Shown here: positions 14,201 to 26,017 of the stretch, in pieces | Layout of the letters: each line of letters begins with the position of its first letter | Position numbering within the stretch: the stretch's first letter is position 1 | DNA from: Eledone cirrhosa | Lineage: Eukaryota | DNA: 64,000 bases | Direction: 5' to 3' | Assembly: GCA_964016885.1 (NCBI GenBank) | Contig: OZ024744.1 | Span: 75,392,001 to 75,456,000 of the forward strand | Notes under the pieces: model-generated | Seen by the model: only the letters and a program-made list of their open reading frames with translations | Database searches by the model: none | Told to the model about the DNA's origin: nothing | Translations under genes and position numbers: made by a program

Positions 14201-15520
14201 GTAAAAAAAATATGGTCATCAGAACTGTCAGCATACAACAAATACATTGCCCACAATACTTATGCTGTGCCAATTCTAACGCCAACATTTGGCCTACTGA
14301 ACTGGTCATTGCAAGAACTAAGTGAGATGGATGTTAGAACTCGTAAACTTCTCAGTGTTACTGGGAACTTTAACATCAATGGTGATGTGGATAGGCTATA
14401 CTTCTCACGCAAGGAAGGTGGCCGGGGTCTAAAATCAATATTAACAACATATGAGACCCGGATAGTAACACTGAAGCAACACCTTCAACAGAGGAAAAAG
14501 GTTGGCGACCATCTTGCTCAGGTTTATGAGCATGAAAAAAGAAATATCATTAGAATAGCGACTGATCTGGAGGAGAGATATGGAATAAAGCCTGATATAA
14601 ATCTCTCACCCAGAGAAATCGGAAGATCCTATTCAATGTTCAAACAAGAAAAAAAAATTGACCAATTTACAGATAAAGTTGTGCATGGATACTTGAGGCG
14701 TAAAACACAGACCATAGAGGGGATAAACCACTCAAAAAGCCTGGCATGGAGTTCCGACAAGTTTATGACATCACACCTTGAGGGATATCTCTATGCAATA
14801 CAGGAACAAGAACTCCCTACCAAATATCTGCTGCACAAAAGAGGAGGGCCAGCAGCTGACAATAAATGTAGGCTATGTAAAACAAAGATCGAGGATGTAA
14901 GCCACATTGTTGCCAGCTGCGAAAGAATGTCATCTCGCTACTACCTCCCCATGAGACACGATGGGATAGCTAGAACTATCTGGAACGCACTTCGGAAAAC
15001 AAAATTAACAACAAACGAGGAAGAATATATTGAGACAGATGGCACTAAGGAATACTGGTGGAACCTGAAAATAAAAACTGCCACCAAATTAAAGCACAAC
15101 CGGCCTGATATTGTAGTTTGGGACCACACATTGAAAACGTGTTCTGTTGTGGAGATCAGCTGCCCACTTGATGTAAACGTTGTCAGAAAAATACAGGAGA
15201 AGGAGGACATCTACGGACCATTGATGAGGAGTTTACAAATCCAATATCCAAGATACACCTTTAGCTTCATACCCATCATTATTGGTGCTACGGGTTATAT
15301 ACCAACCCGCTTGGACCAAAGTATGACCGAACTTGGATTTGCGGACAAAAAGCGCAGCTCCCTAATTCATAGTCTACAAATGGCTGCGATAGCTGGCACC
15401 TTCAAAATATGCAAAACATTCTTGCGATTCAAGGGATGACAATTTCTTTTCTTTTACAACCTTGCCACCAGGAAGGTGGCCGGTCAAAAAAATATACTCG
15501 AAATTAAGAGAAAGAGAAAA
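11298..15520 (+). mobile_element. R4/Dong-type element extent (5' boundary uncertain), ending in a (CATA)n tail
   Basis: An 81-nt 3' UTR (15440-15520) with the hairpin gccacc-aggaa-ggtggc runs directly into (CATA)n. The upstream unique AT-rich segment starts at the previous (CATA)n tract. Confidence 0.7.
11930..15439 (+). CDS. Intact non-LTR retrotransposon ORF (R4/Dong-type): N-terminal domain, reverse transcriptase, CCHC zinc knuckle, restriction-like endonuclease
   Basis: 1169 aa without stops. R4-type N-terminus (W..ELN..LY..Y..S.P...GF..RL..LW...HP). RT motifs KSPGPD, NYRPIAC, DYQKAFDSVPH, GIFQGDSLS and FVDD. CCHC motif CRLCKTKIEDVSHIVASC, RHD, and RLE motif HNRPDIVV...VEISCPLD...EK..Y. 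Confidence 0.95.
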   Translation: MAKSTSLLRPNRNYNRCIQWSYELNKELYEAYKQSEPQKFGFMQRLKTLWNSKHPELDFSPKHLNEQAKRIIRCKLIHLTESSDTTNTALVDNHPTSTDRQREWPAKSNSEQLTNNFAEIHPTSTEEQRERSADSSSNCHHINNEAAIHDSTEQTEHQKLVGTLQVIWNDMFQEIHSLNVSDRPYNTRVSKEPTKLELEAVNEIAGNYLKAIRSKGVETTFETLNVLLYVSAVTLLSYNTHLKPRNQDTNRKPEPAWMRNLKTKILSLRRSISHIAVVMKCNIERNFTRHQEDLKKKVERRFGDTKFKTLNSKLHQLKQQLTATTERLKYKSTAHKRQVLNRLFARDPKSVYRSFGGKSSIPVNDTPSKEQVENYWRSVWETDDGFNRQANWLKQLEQDYCQHVQTKQYDIDGSILETALQKMSNRKSPGPDLITGYWLKNFTFYRQDLIRLFTETIKGTQELPRWLSTATTLLIPKNSQTTLAKNYRPIACQNIMYKLYTGCLNLFLQDHCATNNIITPEQAGGKREVWGCIDHLLTNKMIQEKTTKNRRNMTVVWLDYQKAFDSVPHGWIIKALQLAKVPQPLVAAVERLTKNWYTNLILRGEKEQVKTDRIHYQKGIFQGDSLSVLLFVLSLNPLSYLLRKQGGQRSGPRSISHLFFVDDLKLYGPNINDIKKQLDLITQFSTDIKMKFGESKCAYLAVKRGRAVPSSRNLDMNGLTIQPLQSGDNYRYLGQDENVRYDGPINKERTRTEYLRRVKKIWSSELSAYNKYIAHNTYAVPILTPTFGLLNWSLQELSEMDVRTRKLLSVTGNFNINGDVDRLYFSRKEGGRGLKSILTTYETRIVTLKQHLQQRKKVGDHLAQVYEHEKRNIIRIATDLEERYGIKPDINLSPREIGRSYSMFKQEKKIDQFTDKVVHGYLRRKTQTIEGINHSKSLAWSSDKFMTSHLEGYLYAIQEQELPTKYLLHKRGGPAADNKCRLCKTKIEDVSHIVASCERMSSRYYLPMRHDGIARTIWNALRKTKLTTNEEEYIETDGTKEYWWNLKIKTATKLKHNRPDIVVWDHTLKTCSVVEISCPLDVNVVRKIQEKEDIYGPLMRSLQIQYPRYTFSFIPIIIGATGYIPTRLDQSMTELGFADKKRSSLIHSLQMAAIAGTFKICKTFLRFKG

Positions 15521-15760
15521 CATACATACATACACACATACATACACACATACATACATACATACATGCATACATACACACATACATACACTCACACACA
15601 CACACATACACACATACATACAATCATACATACATACATACATACATACATACATACATACATACACACATACATACACACATACATACATACACACATG
15701 CATACATACACACATACATACACTCACACACACACACACATACACACATACATACATACA

Positions 15761-15794
<34 letters not shown>

Positions 15795-15825
15795 CATACA
15801 CACATACACACATACATACATACAT
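15521..15825. repeat. (CATA)n/(CA)n microsatellite
   Basis: Direct reading. Confidence 0.95.
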
Positions 15826-16432
15826 GGTGGCTGCCAACTCGTTTTCGAGTACGGCCACTACTTTATATCCATGTAGGAGAACCCCTACCGAAGCGCTGAA
15901 CGAGTGTGACTTTTTAGTCCAGCCAGCGACTTGAAAACTCTGGTACAAACACTACACTTGTGACAATTATTGACACATAGTGCTGGGCCCATGGTACCAT
16001 GTGAGGACAAGTGCAGAGAGATCTCCAGATACAAAGCAATGCCTGTGCCGTGAAGCTTTTATAGTGAGCAAAGGCACTGCACAAAGCCAGACCCACTCTC
16101 TTAACCAAGATGATATTTACCAAAAAGAAGAACAAGTCAACATCATTGGATACCATCAGGGTTGCAGGTGTTATATCAGAGTTTTCCTTCTCCTAGAATT
16201 CTGCCTTGACAAAGGCTAAAGGGTCATCTCTCCCGGTGATTTTGGATGGCCATTGACTCTTAAGAGCTCCTTTGCCCTTTGACAGGTTTTGTTTTTAGTC
16301 CTGCAGGATGTCCAAAGTCACCCTCCTCACCAAGAAACCTTGGTGGGGTTGCCAGTTTAGTCGCCAACGACCCGACCATGAGACAGGTTGTACTGGGATA
16401 CATGTTACCAGTAGCACCAACTGGTGACCTGA
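15826..16432 (-). mobile_element. Non-autonomous 600-bp retroposon 'U', copy 2
   Basis: By eye about 15 substitutions plus a 1-bp and a 7-bp indel relative to 9801-10399. Same termini, with (CATA)n on both sides. Confidence 0.75.
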
Positions 16433-16991
16433 CATACATACATACATACATACATACATACATACATACATACATACATACATACATACATGCATACATA
16501 CACACATACATACACTCACACACACACACATACATACATACATACATACATACATACATACATACATACATACATACATACATACATACATACATACATA
16601 CATACATACATACAATCATACATACATACATACATACATACCTACATACATACACACACATACATACATACACACATATACACACATACACACATTCATA
16701 CATACATACACACATACATACATACATACATACATACACACATACATACATACATACATTCATACATACACACACACACATATATACATACATACACACA
16801 TACATACATACATACATACACACATACATACATACATACATACATACATACATACACACATACATACATACATACATACATACATACATACATACATACA
16901 TACATACATACATACATACATGCATACATACACACATACATACATACATATACATACATACATACATACATACATGCATACATACATACAT
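16433..16991. repeat. (CATA)n microsatellite
   Basis: Direct reading. Confidence 0.95.
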
Positions 16992-17039
16992 CCCGCTCAT
17001 GTCCAAGTACGGTCACTTCCTAGAAAATATATCAAATAT

Positions 17040-17470
17040 TCTTTGACAAAAACCTGTTATTGATGTTGCTCTCGCCGACGCCGCCTTAGTTGCCTCATCA
17101 AACCAGGAAGTGACTTACACGGCTACACACCGCACAGATAAGTTTCCCTCCTGCTTGAGTTTAATTTATACAGATGCCACATGTACAAGCCATGGGTTAA
17201 GTTCATGAGTATGACGTTTACATTTTTTCCACACTATTCGCAGATCCACATAAAATATATTTATTTCTTCATGTGGACTCAAATGAGGTGGACCGTATCA
17301 CGGTTCAAGTATAGCGGAAACATAAGTGTTATGGTCCGATAGGTGATACCTTGTGGAAGCTCAGTCAGATGTTGCACCAGGGACGTTCTTAGGACACACC
17401 CGACGATGACACCACGACGCTCATTTTCTGGCCGAACTTTGTAGAATATGGTGTAAAATCTGAGTCTGGT
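17040..17470 (+). pseudogene. Heavily degraded RTE-like RT remnant
   Basis: gatgttgctctcgccgacgccgccttagttgcctcatca reads DVALADAALVASS, resembling the RTE 'LLFADDAALVA' motif. The remainder is not readable. Confidence 0.3.
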
Positions 17471-17480
17471 TCCTCTAACT

Positions 17481-17826
17481 CAGAGGTTCTCAAAGTAGGC
17501 CCTACTGCCCCACCCAGCCTCGGAGGGGTGTTGAGAATGTCCAGGAGGCGCTGGGGTCTAAGGGGTGGTGGTAGAGATGATATAATAGCATATTAAATAT
17601 CACATGGTACATAATATTTATAAATATAATTAAATGAAAAAATATATATTCATTTATACATAGTATATATTATATTATTTATTATATGTAATTAACGATT
17701 TTATTTATTCTATATTATTTGCAATTTGCGTGTAGGCAGATCTCTCTGGAAATGGAGGTGGGGTTTGTTGAGAGTATTACGTGGCTGGGGAGAAGGGTGG
17801 TGGCTCAAAAAGTTTGAGAACCTCTG
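17481..17826 (+). mobile_element. hAT (Charlie-like) MITE
   Basis: TIR cagaggttctcaaa / tttgagaacctctg. 8-bp TSD ctctaact (17473-80) / ctctagct (17827-34). Second copy at 37264-37596. Confidence 0.85.
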
Positions 17827-18252
17827 CTCTAGCTGGGCATTCCCAGGTAGCCGTGGTTCAGAGAGATTGAACTCTTTACAGATATGAGCAGTGTGACGCA
17901 ATTTTTAAGGATGTCATTGAGGATGTATTCTCTCTATTGTTTGTCATATTAGTCATTTTATTTTCATTACAGATATTTCTCCCACATAAGTGGACAGCCG
18001 CCAGTCACGGGTTGCTGACCAGCGTAGATATAAGTATGCTTTCTTTAGACCACTTTTTCTAGGTCCATCCTTGCTAGCAGGTGGGTAGTGCTATACATGG
18101 AAAGGGTTGCTCAGATACTTGGGGTACAGCCGAGTCGTACAAACAATCTCATGCGATTTTAACTTTAAATTACGACAAATTAAAAATTCGTAACTCGCTC
18201 TATTGTTCTAAAAATAGACTAATATATAAGTATATATATGTATGTACATATA

Positions 18253-18344
<92 letters not shown>

Positions 18345-18741
18345 CGTGCGTGCGAGCGTCCGAAATGTGAAGACCCTCTTTCTGCTATTTCAAGCATTAA
18401 ACTAATATATTCCTTCCATATACTGTACCGATTGTGTTGTTATTTCTGTTTACGTTTTACATATAAATATTTAAATATTTATAGTCATTTTTGTTAAGGC
18501 TAAATATTCTGCAGTCTCGCCCCATCACACACACACACACATATATATATATAAACGGAAAGAATGAAATTTCATCTCTCACTCTTAGTACGGCTGATAC
18601 TTAAATATAAGTATGTATACCTACATACAAATATATATACACACGTCCAGTAGTATGTATATACATATACATACATGCACACATATATATATATATATAT
18701 ATATATGTACGTATGAGTTTACCGAACATTAACGGTCATTG

Positions 18742-18816
18742 GTCATTGCATGAGATTATCTTGATCAGTCTATGAACTTTTGAGCCGACTCTTGTATATA
18801 TATATAAATATACATA

Positions 18817-18911
<95 letters not shown>

Positions 18912-19112
18912 ATATACAAGAGTCGGCTCAAAAGTTCATAGACTGATCAAGATACTCTCATGCAATGACAAAATGCGGTTTAGTTTTCAATTCCCAGGAA
19001 AGAAACTATGCAGCTATTGATAAAAAGAGTTAAAATTAAGGCATGCAAGACGGCAGAGCTCTAGCATCAATTCTTCATCGTCAGTCTATGAACATTTTAC
19101 CCGACAATACTA
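18742..19112. mobile_element. Mariner-like MITE (18915-19112) plus an inverted copy of its left end (18742-18796) across a (TA)n tract
   Basis: tacaagagtcggctcaaaagttcatagactga is a mariner-type terminus. Its reverse complement lies at ~18765-18796, and a degenerate version at 19081-19111. Confidence 0.55.
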
Positions 19113-19256
19113 TATATATATATATGTATATACGTTATTCCGGGTTGAATCGGAGGTAACCACAGTAAGTAAGGTACTCAATACATAGCAGAGTATAAAA
19201 GTTTTAATATAGATGAGATTCTACAGGACTAGAACTGTGTTTCATTCTTTAGAAAT

Positions 19257-19294
<38 letters not shown>

Positions 19295-19299
<5 letters not shown>

Positions 19300-19850
19300 C
19301 AAATAACGAAACGAAATTAAATTTCGTTTCGCTTCTAACTCACTTTTGTATGACAGACGCTTAAACAATTAAGTTAAAGTGTACATCTACATATGTATAC
19401 GGAAGTATTAGTATGCATATAAATACACACATGTATACATATGTACATGTACTCAGTTTTTCACTAGACACTTTACAGTGAGTGTCAGCTAGTCTGTATG
19501 TAACCACACAGACGGACCGGGTTTTAGAGTCATACGGGTTTTCAAGGAAACACATTTCCTCTATTCTCCGGAGGGCCAGACAGGAATATTGGACTAGTTT
19601 CGATGTTGTTACATCTCATCAGCAATATTTACCCATCTTCCGGCTTTTCTGGAGAATTGTAAAAGCACATATCGTTATATGCTTTTTCTATGACTCTAAA
19701 ACCCGGTCCGTCTGTGTGGTTACATACAGACTAGCTGACACTCACTGTAAAGTGTCTAGTGAAAAACTGAGTACATGTACATATGTATACATGTGTGTAT
19801 TTATATGCATACTAATACTTCCGTATACATATGTAGATGTACACTTTAAC

Positions 19851-19856
<6 letters not shown>
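19295..19856 (-). mobile_element. Penelope-like pLTR/retrozyme-type insert with 168-bp inverted repeat arms and a hammerhead in the spacer
   Basis: 19367-19534 and 19689-19856 are apparently perfect reverse complements. Flanked by (TA)n on both sides. Related 3' tail sequence at ~18550-18620 and ~54170-54240. Confidence 0.75.
19585..19629 (-). ncRNA. Type I hammerhead ribozyme, minimal, PLE type
   Basis: Minus strand: aatattg-CTGATGA-gatgt(aaca)acatc-GAAAC-ta-GTC/caatatt. 7-bp stem I, 5-bp stem II, palindromic stem III (actagt), complete catalytic core and GUC cleavage triplet. Confidence 0.9.
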
Positions 19857-19944
<88 letters not shown>

Positions 19945-19946
<2 letters not shown>

Positions 19947-20095
19947 GATATTAACAAATGGAAACTATATTTATAAAACCATATTTATTTCATTATACAT
20001 ATTTCAAGGACACCAAGTTAAATTATGGTGTGCTTTCATCAGATAAAATATAATATAGACCAGTTTTATAAATAAATATTGACATACCCTTACAG
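19945..20095 (-). mobile_element. PLE-like short insert with eroded hammerhead (ctgatga-aagcacacca...tggtgtcctt-gaaatatgta)
   Basis: Reverse-complement relative of 25510-25655. Abuts (TA)n. Confidence 0.5.
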
Positions 20096-20128
20096 AATGC
20101 AACCATTACTGTTGGAAGCTCCTGGATA

Positions 20129-20165
<37 letters not shown>

Positions 20166-20223
20166 TTTACACGAAATTAAATAATGGCCTTACCGATCTT
20201 CACCAGTAACATTGCACCTATGA

Positions 20224-20259
<36 letters not shown>

Positions 20260-20695
20260 GAAATGACTGTGTGTGTATCTATGTGTGTGCGTGCGTGTGT
20301 TGCTTTACGTAAAACAAGGAGTTATGAACAACTAAATATCTTCACAGTGATGCAGCAGCATTGTTGTAATCTAATGACTCAAACCTGTAAAAACAACAAC
20401 AAAAGAAGCTACATACGCTTAGACATAAATATGTATCTTTCTGATTCTTTCTCCGCCGAGTTTGTATTTTTTTTTTTTTTTGCACAAATAGGGTCATGTT
20501 TATTATGTAACAGATTATGTCTCATAACTTACGTACTCGATAAATAGATATCAATAACATTGTCCCCAAACGGTGCCTAACAATCTTTGTAGGGCTTATT
20601 CAACATTTCCACAGTCCAATTATTGCAGGTAGCATGGAATACACGAATGTTATAACCACTTATAAACTCCGAAGTTCCAGTACTGCTCCTTCAAA

Positions 20696-20745
<50 letters not shown>

Positions 20746-20854
20746 CATGCCAACACAAGAGCAAGAATGAAGTGTTCATTCTACTGACATGGCTATAAAA
20801 TTGAGGCTTGTTTGCATAATTGCAAGGAAACGAATGTTATTATTAATATTCGAA

Positions 20855-21042
20855 GGGCGGTGGATTGGCAGTATCGGTAGAGGGTCGGACGCCATGCTTT
20901 GCAACAAAGAGTTACGGCCCTTTATGGTCTGAGTTCAAATCCCGCCGAGGTTAACTTTGCCTTTCATCCTTACGGGGTCGATGAAATAAAGTACCAGTAA
21001 TGCACTGTGATTATTGCTGGCCTTGTGCCAAATGTAGAAATA
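20855..21042 (+). mobile_element. tRNA-derived SINE family A, full length, 16-bp TSD
   Basis: A-box-like tggcagtatcgg and B-box gagttcaaatcc. TSD attattaatattcgaa at 20839-20854 and 21043-21058. An empty-site paralogue lies at 27555-27690. Confidence 0.9.
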
Positions 21043-21074
21043 ATTATTAATATTCGAAAAACTCAGATTACATT

Positions 21075-21113
<39 letters not shown>

Positions 21114-21461
21114 ATATATACATATATATAATACTAATGCATAGATAATATAGCGTGTGTATAGAGATAGGTAAAATCCAGACAGCGGCGTCGAGCGTTT
21201 TCGGCTTATGTGTATATATATATATATTACTTTGAGTTTTTTTACTACGAACTACCTTTCATTTTCTGTGTCTATCCTTTGTGAACCTGTCCCTCTTTTT
21301 GTACTCCAGAAGAAGGTTTAAAGCCCGACACGTCGAACTTTCTTTCCTCTTTTCCATATAAAGCGTGAAACTAATAAGACTTTTTGTACCTGTTTTGTGG
21401 TTTCCTTTAACTGTATATATATATATATATATATATGTGTGTGGGGGGGGGGGGTGTTGTT

Positions 21462-21496
<35 letters not shown>

Positions 21497-24400
21497 CCTG
21501 TTGACTTGCAATGCTTGCTTATAAATATACTCCGGAGTAAACAGACCTACATGCGCACTACGTTGAGTGCTCTACCCTGCATACTAAAGTATCGGTAATT
21601 AACCTCTACATACCCGTAACCGCTACTATTTATTTATATACATATTATATATACATGTATAAATATATATATCTATGTAGAGGTTATATTTAATTCGTTG
21701 GGATACAACAAGCTAAAATATTTTTATAACTGATATAAAGCACTCAACAAATTATTATTATTATTATATATATACGCACCTGTACGTAAAATACGAATAT
21801 ATTCCAGAGACTGGAATTTGATGCTTGATACGGCAAGAGCTCAGCCGTCGGGAGCTGACTCTCGTCTATACGTGTATATATATGTGTATGAGTGTGTGCG
21901 TGTTAGTTCGTACACATTCATTTCCATTTTCTATTTGTGTATGTATGTAAATATGTGTGTGAATCTATGTATGCATGTGTGTATGAACGGCTCGGTCTTG
22001 ATGTACTTTTGTACCCTACTTGAAATTAAATGATGATGCTATGGCGTTCGTTATAGATCATGGAAGTGAAAGACCAGAAAATGAATTTTCACTGTTAATG
22101 GCTTTTTTTTCTTTTTTCTTTTTTGTAAGTGTCTTGGGTTATAAAGTGTAGAAAACACGTGTATGCTGTCTGAACACGAAACTTTGTAAAAATAATTGAA
22201 AAGATCCATCGAACTTATCGACAGCGGTTTTTAAGGGAGCGCCAACACAATACACGAAGGGTGCGTTTTGATTGTGGACATATAGTATATGTAGAAAACA
22301 GATGGCGTTATATTGCTTTTTCATATTGTAGTTGCTGTCGTTCTTGTTTTAAGATGTCGTTATTGTTGTTGTTGTTGTTATTGTTGTTGTTGTGGGTGTC
22401 GATCTTGTTTTAAGTTGTTTTTGTTGTTGTTAATGTTTTTGATTTTGTTGTTTTTTATTGTCTTTGTTTTTGTTTCTGTTTTTGTTGTTGTTCTTTTTGT
22501 TGTGGTTGTTGTTCTCGCTGTTTACTTTGTTGTTTCATTCTTATGAACTGTTGCTCTAAACATGAATACAGTAATGGGATTGAGTTAAACCATCCAGCTA
22601 TGTCACTATTAATCTGTGATATATTCAATTAAAATTTTCTCCTAATTAAGGCATATACTTTATTTAACATAAATACCGAGTATGGGGGATGAGTACGAAT
22701 TAATTGTAAAGAAATATGTTTGCTGATTTAAAATGAATATTTGGTGTTGGATAAAGTTATATTTATTGTGTGTAAATGCTTGTAAGTGAGAGTTTATAAA
22801 ATGCAACGAATGGATTGGAATTTATGAATGAGGAAAGTGTCGGCTGATACGTGTTGATAGCAATTATTACATTAATGTGAACCATTACTCTGGCATTTGA
22901 TAATTAAGAGTGGAAAATAAAAGCGATATTGCTATGTACCTATCCAAACGAACATAAGTGTTATGTTTTGAAGTAAAGACACGTTGGGTTTAAATCATTC
23001 TGCGTATATTATTTCATTGGTTTAATTGTTAGTTTTTAATTTCCTTTTTTTTTCTTTCTTTCTTTGTTTTGTTAATCTGAACAGAGAAATGTTTTTTTAT
23101 TTTTTTTTTCTGTTGTTAGAAAGAAATCGAGGCATGTTGAGGAGAAAGTATGTTTAACTTATTGAATTCCTATGGTCGCAACAAATTCCTATATAACAAT
23201 AAGTTCACTATTAAAGAAATGAAATAGAACATATATTGTCTAGATCACAAAGAAATGAAATAGAACATATCTTGTCTAGATCACAAAGAAATACAAATAG
23301 CGGCAAAGGAAAAACTCATAATAGACAACTCCACGAGACGGAATCCCGAGCAACAGTTTTCTATACGAAAGTCCCTTTGTATTAGTAAAGACAGAACAAC
23401 AATACAAGAGGCGAGAATAAGTTGTGAAAGCAACGAGTAGCTTAAAGAAGTGCTGTGAGAAAACATCTGACAAGTTATTAGGAGAGGAAGTCGAAGCCGT
23501 TGATGAGTCAAGGAAATAAACAATTCATAGCTAAAATAAGTTTCCTTTTTTTAAAGTAGAATAAATTGTCAAGAAAGCAGATACAATTAGAGGTTTCAGA
23601 ATGACATTGGAATTGCTGTTTAACCCTAGGTCAGCTTTAATCGAACTACACTATGGCCATAGACACTCCTGTCATGACATCTCATCCCTTTATTCATATA
23701 CAGAGCAATTAATATCACAAAACTAATGTGTTTCCTTCACTAAGTTATGAGGGTGTAATATGAAGAATATTTGGCTGTTGTTTCTAGCGGCTCAAAGTAA
23801 AAGATAAACATTTTACAGGCGATTAGCGACAGAGAAGTATTAATCTTTAAGAATTTAGATGAATACTAAATTTTTGTGAATCAAAAACCAAAGAAAAAAG
23901 CAAAAACAAAAAGTGATTATATTTTCTTTGCCTTGTCTGTTAAGACTGATATTTAATTAAATATATGTGAAAAAGGAGCGAGCTCTGCTACAACCACTAC
24001 TCAAGACATATGAGGCATATTATGTTCGTCCATAGAGGCGCCGATGATAACTTCGTGGATATTAAGATTGAAAGATGATATCTTGATCAGACTGGGACGC
24101 CAATCAATTTGAAAGCTAACTCTTCCCAAATCAAACTTAATTCATAAATGAAAACTAGCAAAAACTCCTTGATTTTACTGTGCTATTACTACTTACACTG
24201 ACAACATCTATCCCTTTTGCAACCACGTAAATGGACATAGTTGAAGGCCACGTGTATTGATCAGAGATGGAACGTAGTTAGTTGCCAAAGACAGGTTTCG
24301 TTACATCTCTTATCTGGTTACTTTTAAGTTATCCTAATATCTTTATTCTCCCACCACTCCCTTTTTAGTTCCCTATCTCTCAGATCATATTATTAGCATA

Positions 24401-24683
24401 TTCATTTGCTAAGTGAATATGCTTCACTAAAGAGATCTAATAAAGACCGAAACATGTCCGCTGCTTTCAGAATATTGGCTTATAGATAAAATACACTCCC
24501 ACTGCACTCTTAAACTGTCCCTAAATATTTGGTTCTGGCAAGGGTATAGGTGTTCTCGTTCTTCCATCTTTCTACCACATGAACACCCGTAAAGGTAGTT
24601 TCGTTCTTGAAATTGCAAGAATAGTTTCAACTGATTGACATATTTTTTTCCATTCACAATATTCAAACAGCGAGGCTATATAC

Positions 24684-24758
24684 ACAGAGTGTTTCAAAAA
24701 TTGTATACACATATTTATTAGAATGCTGTTGAAGGGTGTATACTTTTTGTGGAACACC

Positions 24759-24762
<4 letters not shown>
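24684..24762. mobile_element. Tiny Tc1/mariner-type MITE
   Basis: cagagtgtttcaaaaattgtatacac versus gtgtatactttttgtggaacaccctg, with TA context at the ends. Confidence 0.55.
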
Positions 24763-24838
<76 letters not shown>

Positions 24839-24952
24839 AATGGATTCAAAGAGAGTGTACATTTTTTACTTATCTGTTACTAATATTTTATAGCTCTATT
24901 CTAATTATAAATTTTGGTGGCACAAAATACGCGGAGAATTTTTCATGTCAAA

Positions 24953-25298
24953 CGGGAATAGTCATGTGGTTAAAGAGTTCGGTTCACTATCACGTGGTTT
25001 GAGTTTCCGTAACGCTGCACAGCAATTTAAGCCAGTGTCTTCTATCATTATCTCCCTGGCAGTATTGGTAGAGGGTCGGACGCCATTCTTTCCAGCATAG
25101 TTACGTCCCTTTACGGTTTGAGTTCAAATTCCGCCGAGGTTAACTTTGCCTTTCATCCTTACGAGGTCGATAAAATAAAGTACCAGTAATGTACTGGGTA
25201 ATTGATGGCCTTGTGCCAAATGTAGAAACAATTATCTCCCACCGGGGCTAATGCATCGACAGTGGGATCTGGTACACGGAAGTGCCGAGGTCTGTTGT
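24953..25298 (+). mobile_element. SINE family B interrupted by a nested family A SINE (~25056-25230)
   Basis: 9-bp TSD attatctcc at 25047-25055 and 25231-25239. Uninterrupted family B copy on the - strand at 28083-28250. Confidence 0.8.
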
Positions 25299-25509
25299 AT
25301 ATATATATATATATATAGTAAAAAAATTGAATGGGAACAAAACAGAGAGGCAGCACGAATATATATATATATATGCAAAAGTTCTATTTAAACTGTTGGG
25401 ATACAACAAATAAATATTTTTATAACTGATATAAAGCACTCGACAGGTATTTGGAGTAGATATACGATATTATCCAGATGGACTCCAAAAATAATGGTCG
25501 CATTTTAAA

Positions 25510-25653
25510 AGGGTACGTCAAAGCTTATTTGTAAAACTGTTATATATTGTATTTTGTCTGATGAAGGCATACCATAATTTAATTTGGTATCCCTGAAATA
25601 TGTATAATGAAATAAATATGGTTTTATAAATATAGTTTCCATTTATTAATATC

Positions 25654-25655
<2 letters not shown>
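25510..25655 (+). mobile_element. PLE-like short insert with eroded hammerhead
   Basis: CTGATGA-aggcatacca(taatttaatt)tggtatccct-GAAAtatgta at 25558-25604. Stem I is not formed. Ends in (TA)n. Confidence 0.5.

Positions 25656-26017
<362 letters not shown>

Noticed and set aside
9801-16432. U copies as true LTRs or as a giant TSD of the LINE
   Set aside because: There are no TG...CA ends, PBS or integrase. The copies are ~3% diverged, separated from the ORF by microsatellite, and solo relatives exist elsewhere.
17881-18035. Possible exons after ctttacag and cattacag
   Set aside because: Donor sites are weak, the peptide is unrecognisable, and the region adjoins degraded LINE/MITE sequence.
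20855-20950. tRNA gene
   Set aside because: The A/B boxes belong to a multi-copy SINE, and there is no cloverleaf.
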